A stretch of 32,000 nucleotides of DNA, from the NCBI GenBank assembly GCA_016432445.1, contig CP066689.1, positions 570,001 to 602,000 on the forward strand. The letters run 5' to 3'. Positions 31,539 through 32,000 of the stretch are shown here, one piece after another. The notes beneath the pieces are model-generated. The model was not told the origin of the DNA. It saw only the letters and a program-made list of their open reading frames with translations, and made no database searches. This stretch comes from Candidatus Saccharimonadota bacterium (GTDB lineage Bacteria; Patescibacteriota; Microgenomatia; UBA1406; GWC2-37-13). Both the position numbers and the translations under genes were made by a program. Each line of letters begins with the position of its first letter. Positions within the stretch are counted from its first letter, which is position 1.

Positions 31539-31547
31539 ATTATATCA
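31539..31547 (-). promoter_or_regulatory. extended -10 (TGaTATAAT) 6 nt upstream of the SDR ATG
   Basis: The minus strand reads tgaTATAATcttgaaATG. Confidence 0.5.
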
Positions 31548-31562
31548 CAGATAGTTATAGGA

Positions 31563-31640
31563 TAAAAAAAAGACCTATGGGGTGGAAAAAATCAGCCAGC
31601 GGCTGATTGATGACAACATTGTCACCAGTCCATAGGTCTT
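31563..31640 (-). terminator. branched terminator of the upstream minus-strand membrane gene
   Basis: P1 is agacctatgg (31571-31580) paired with ccataggtct (31630-31639), a perfect 10 bp. It encloses atcagcc/ggctgat and tgac/gtca hairpins. The A-run 31564-31570 gives a U-run on the minus strand. Confidence 0.65.
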
Positions 31641-31695
31641 TCGATTTTGCACTCCATTGTGCGGATGACTAGATTAGTTTGGTTGCCATTACACC

Positions 31696-32000
31696 TCAGC
31701 TTGTGTGATTGACTCCGTTTTGCCGTATCACAGTGATAGCGGCTGCAGCTGCTAAAAGGATTGCTCCTGTAAGCAGAGACAGCATTATTAGGGTCTTAAA
31801 TGTGCTAGGTGACACGTAAGGTACGATTGTTACGACCAGCATGGGGAGTGCAATGAGCACGAGCGTTCCCAATCTGATCAACCTTGGGCTTCCGTCGGAT
31901 AATAGGATTGCGATTAAAAAAGTTCCAGCCACTATGATGGATGACACGATCAGGCTAAGGATTCTCCCAAGCGGTGAGCTTTCGTCTGAGAGGCCTGGAC
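31696..32000 (-). CDS. hydrophobic membrane protein (start uncertain; the frame stays open to the window edge)
   Basis: The track ORF starts at GTG 31947. My read of 31948-32000 in the same frame shows no stop, so the gene may begin outside the window. It has three or more TM helices. Confidence 0.55.
   Translation of the reverse strand, partial: PGLSDESSPLGRILSLIVSSIIVAGTFLIAILLSDGSPRLIRLGTLVLIALPMLVVTIVPYVSPSTFKTLIMLSLLTGAILLAAAAAITVIRQNGVNHTS

Overview
This is a 32-kb AT-rich bacterial chromosome segment (hand count 17/60 G+C at 17041-17100). It is gene-dense, mostly on the + strand, and uses the standard code: TGA ends dnaE, atpD and topA at canonical C-termini. The housekeeping backbone runs as follows: polX; lemA-htpX; an AsnB-type amidotransferase fused to a CofE-like ligase and flanked by two orphan receiver-domain genes; gatCAB-dnaE; a complete F1Fo operon (atpZ-like, B, E, F, H, A, G, D, C) running straight into topA; pyrG; rplS-yraN; a TM-helix-repeat membrane protein; and tRNA-Glu(UUC). 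After the tRNA comes a G+C-richer stretch with a ClpX-zinc-finger protein, an alpha/beta hydrolase, an SDR and a membrane protein. Gene content, sparse Shine-Dalgarno (SD) use and tiny spacers fit a small-genome uncultivated lineage (CPR/Patescibacteria-like), but that is inference only. The most striking signal is a superfamily of 7-nt-periodic repeats (GATTCAN, AATTTCA/AAATCCA, AGATCTN and TTATAAC types). They form hairpins at gene ends and also occur as single arms read in-frame inside polX, the asnB-like gene and gatB; one 26-nt block is identical in the last two. Other leads: (1) a G+C-rich, SD-driven three-gene small-protein cassette (4426-5185, minus strand) behind a ~130-nt hairpin leader; (2) a GC-rich palindrome exactly at the AsnB/CofE domain junction; (3) a half-length ATP synthase delta subunit; (4) a recurrent leaderless layout with the -10 box 5-10 nt from the ATG; (5) branched terminators; (6) a structured tRNA trailer. 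I saw no CRISPR array, rRNA, transposase or integrase.
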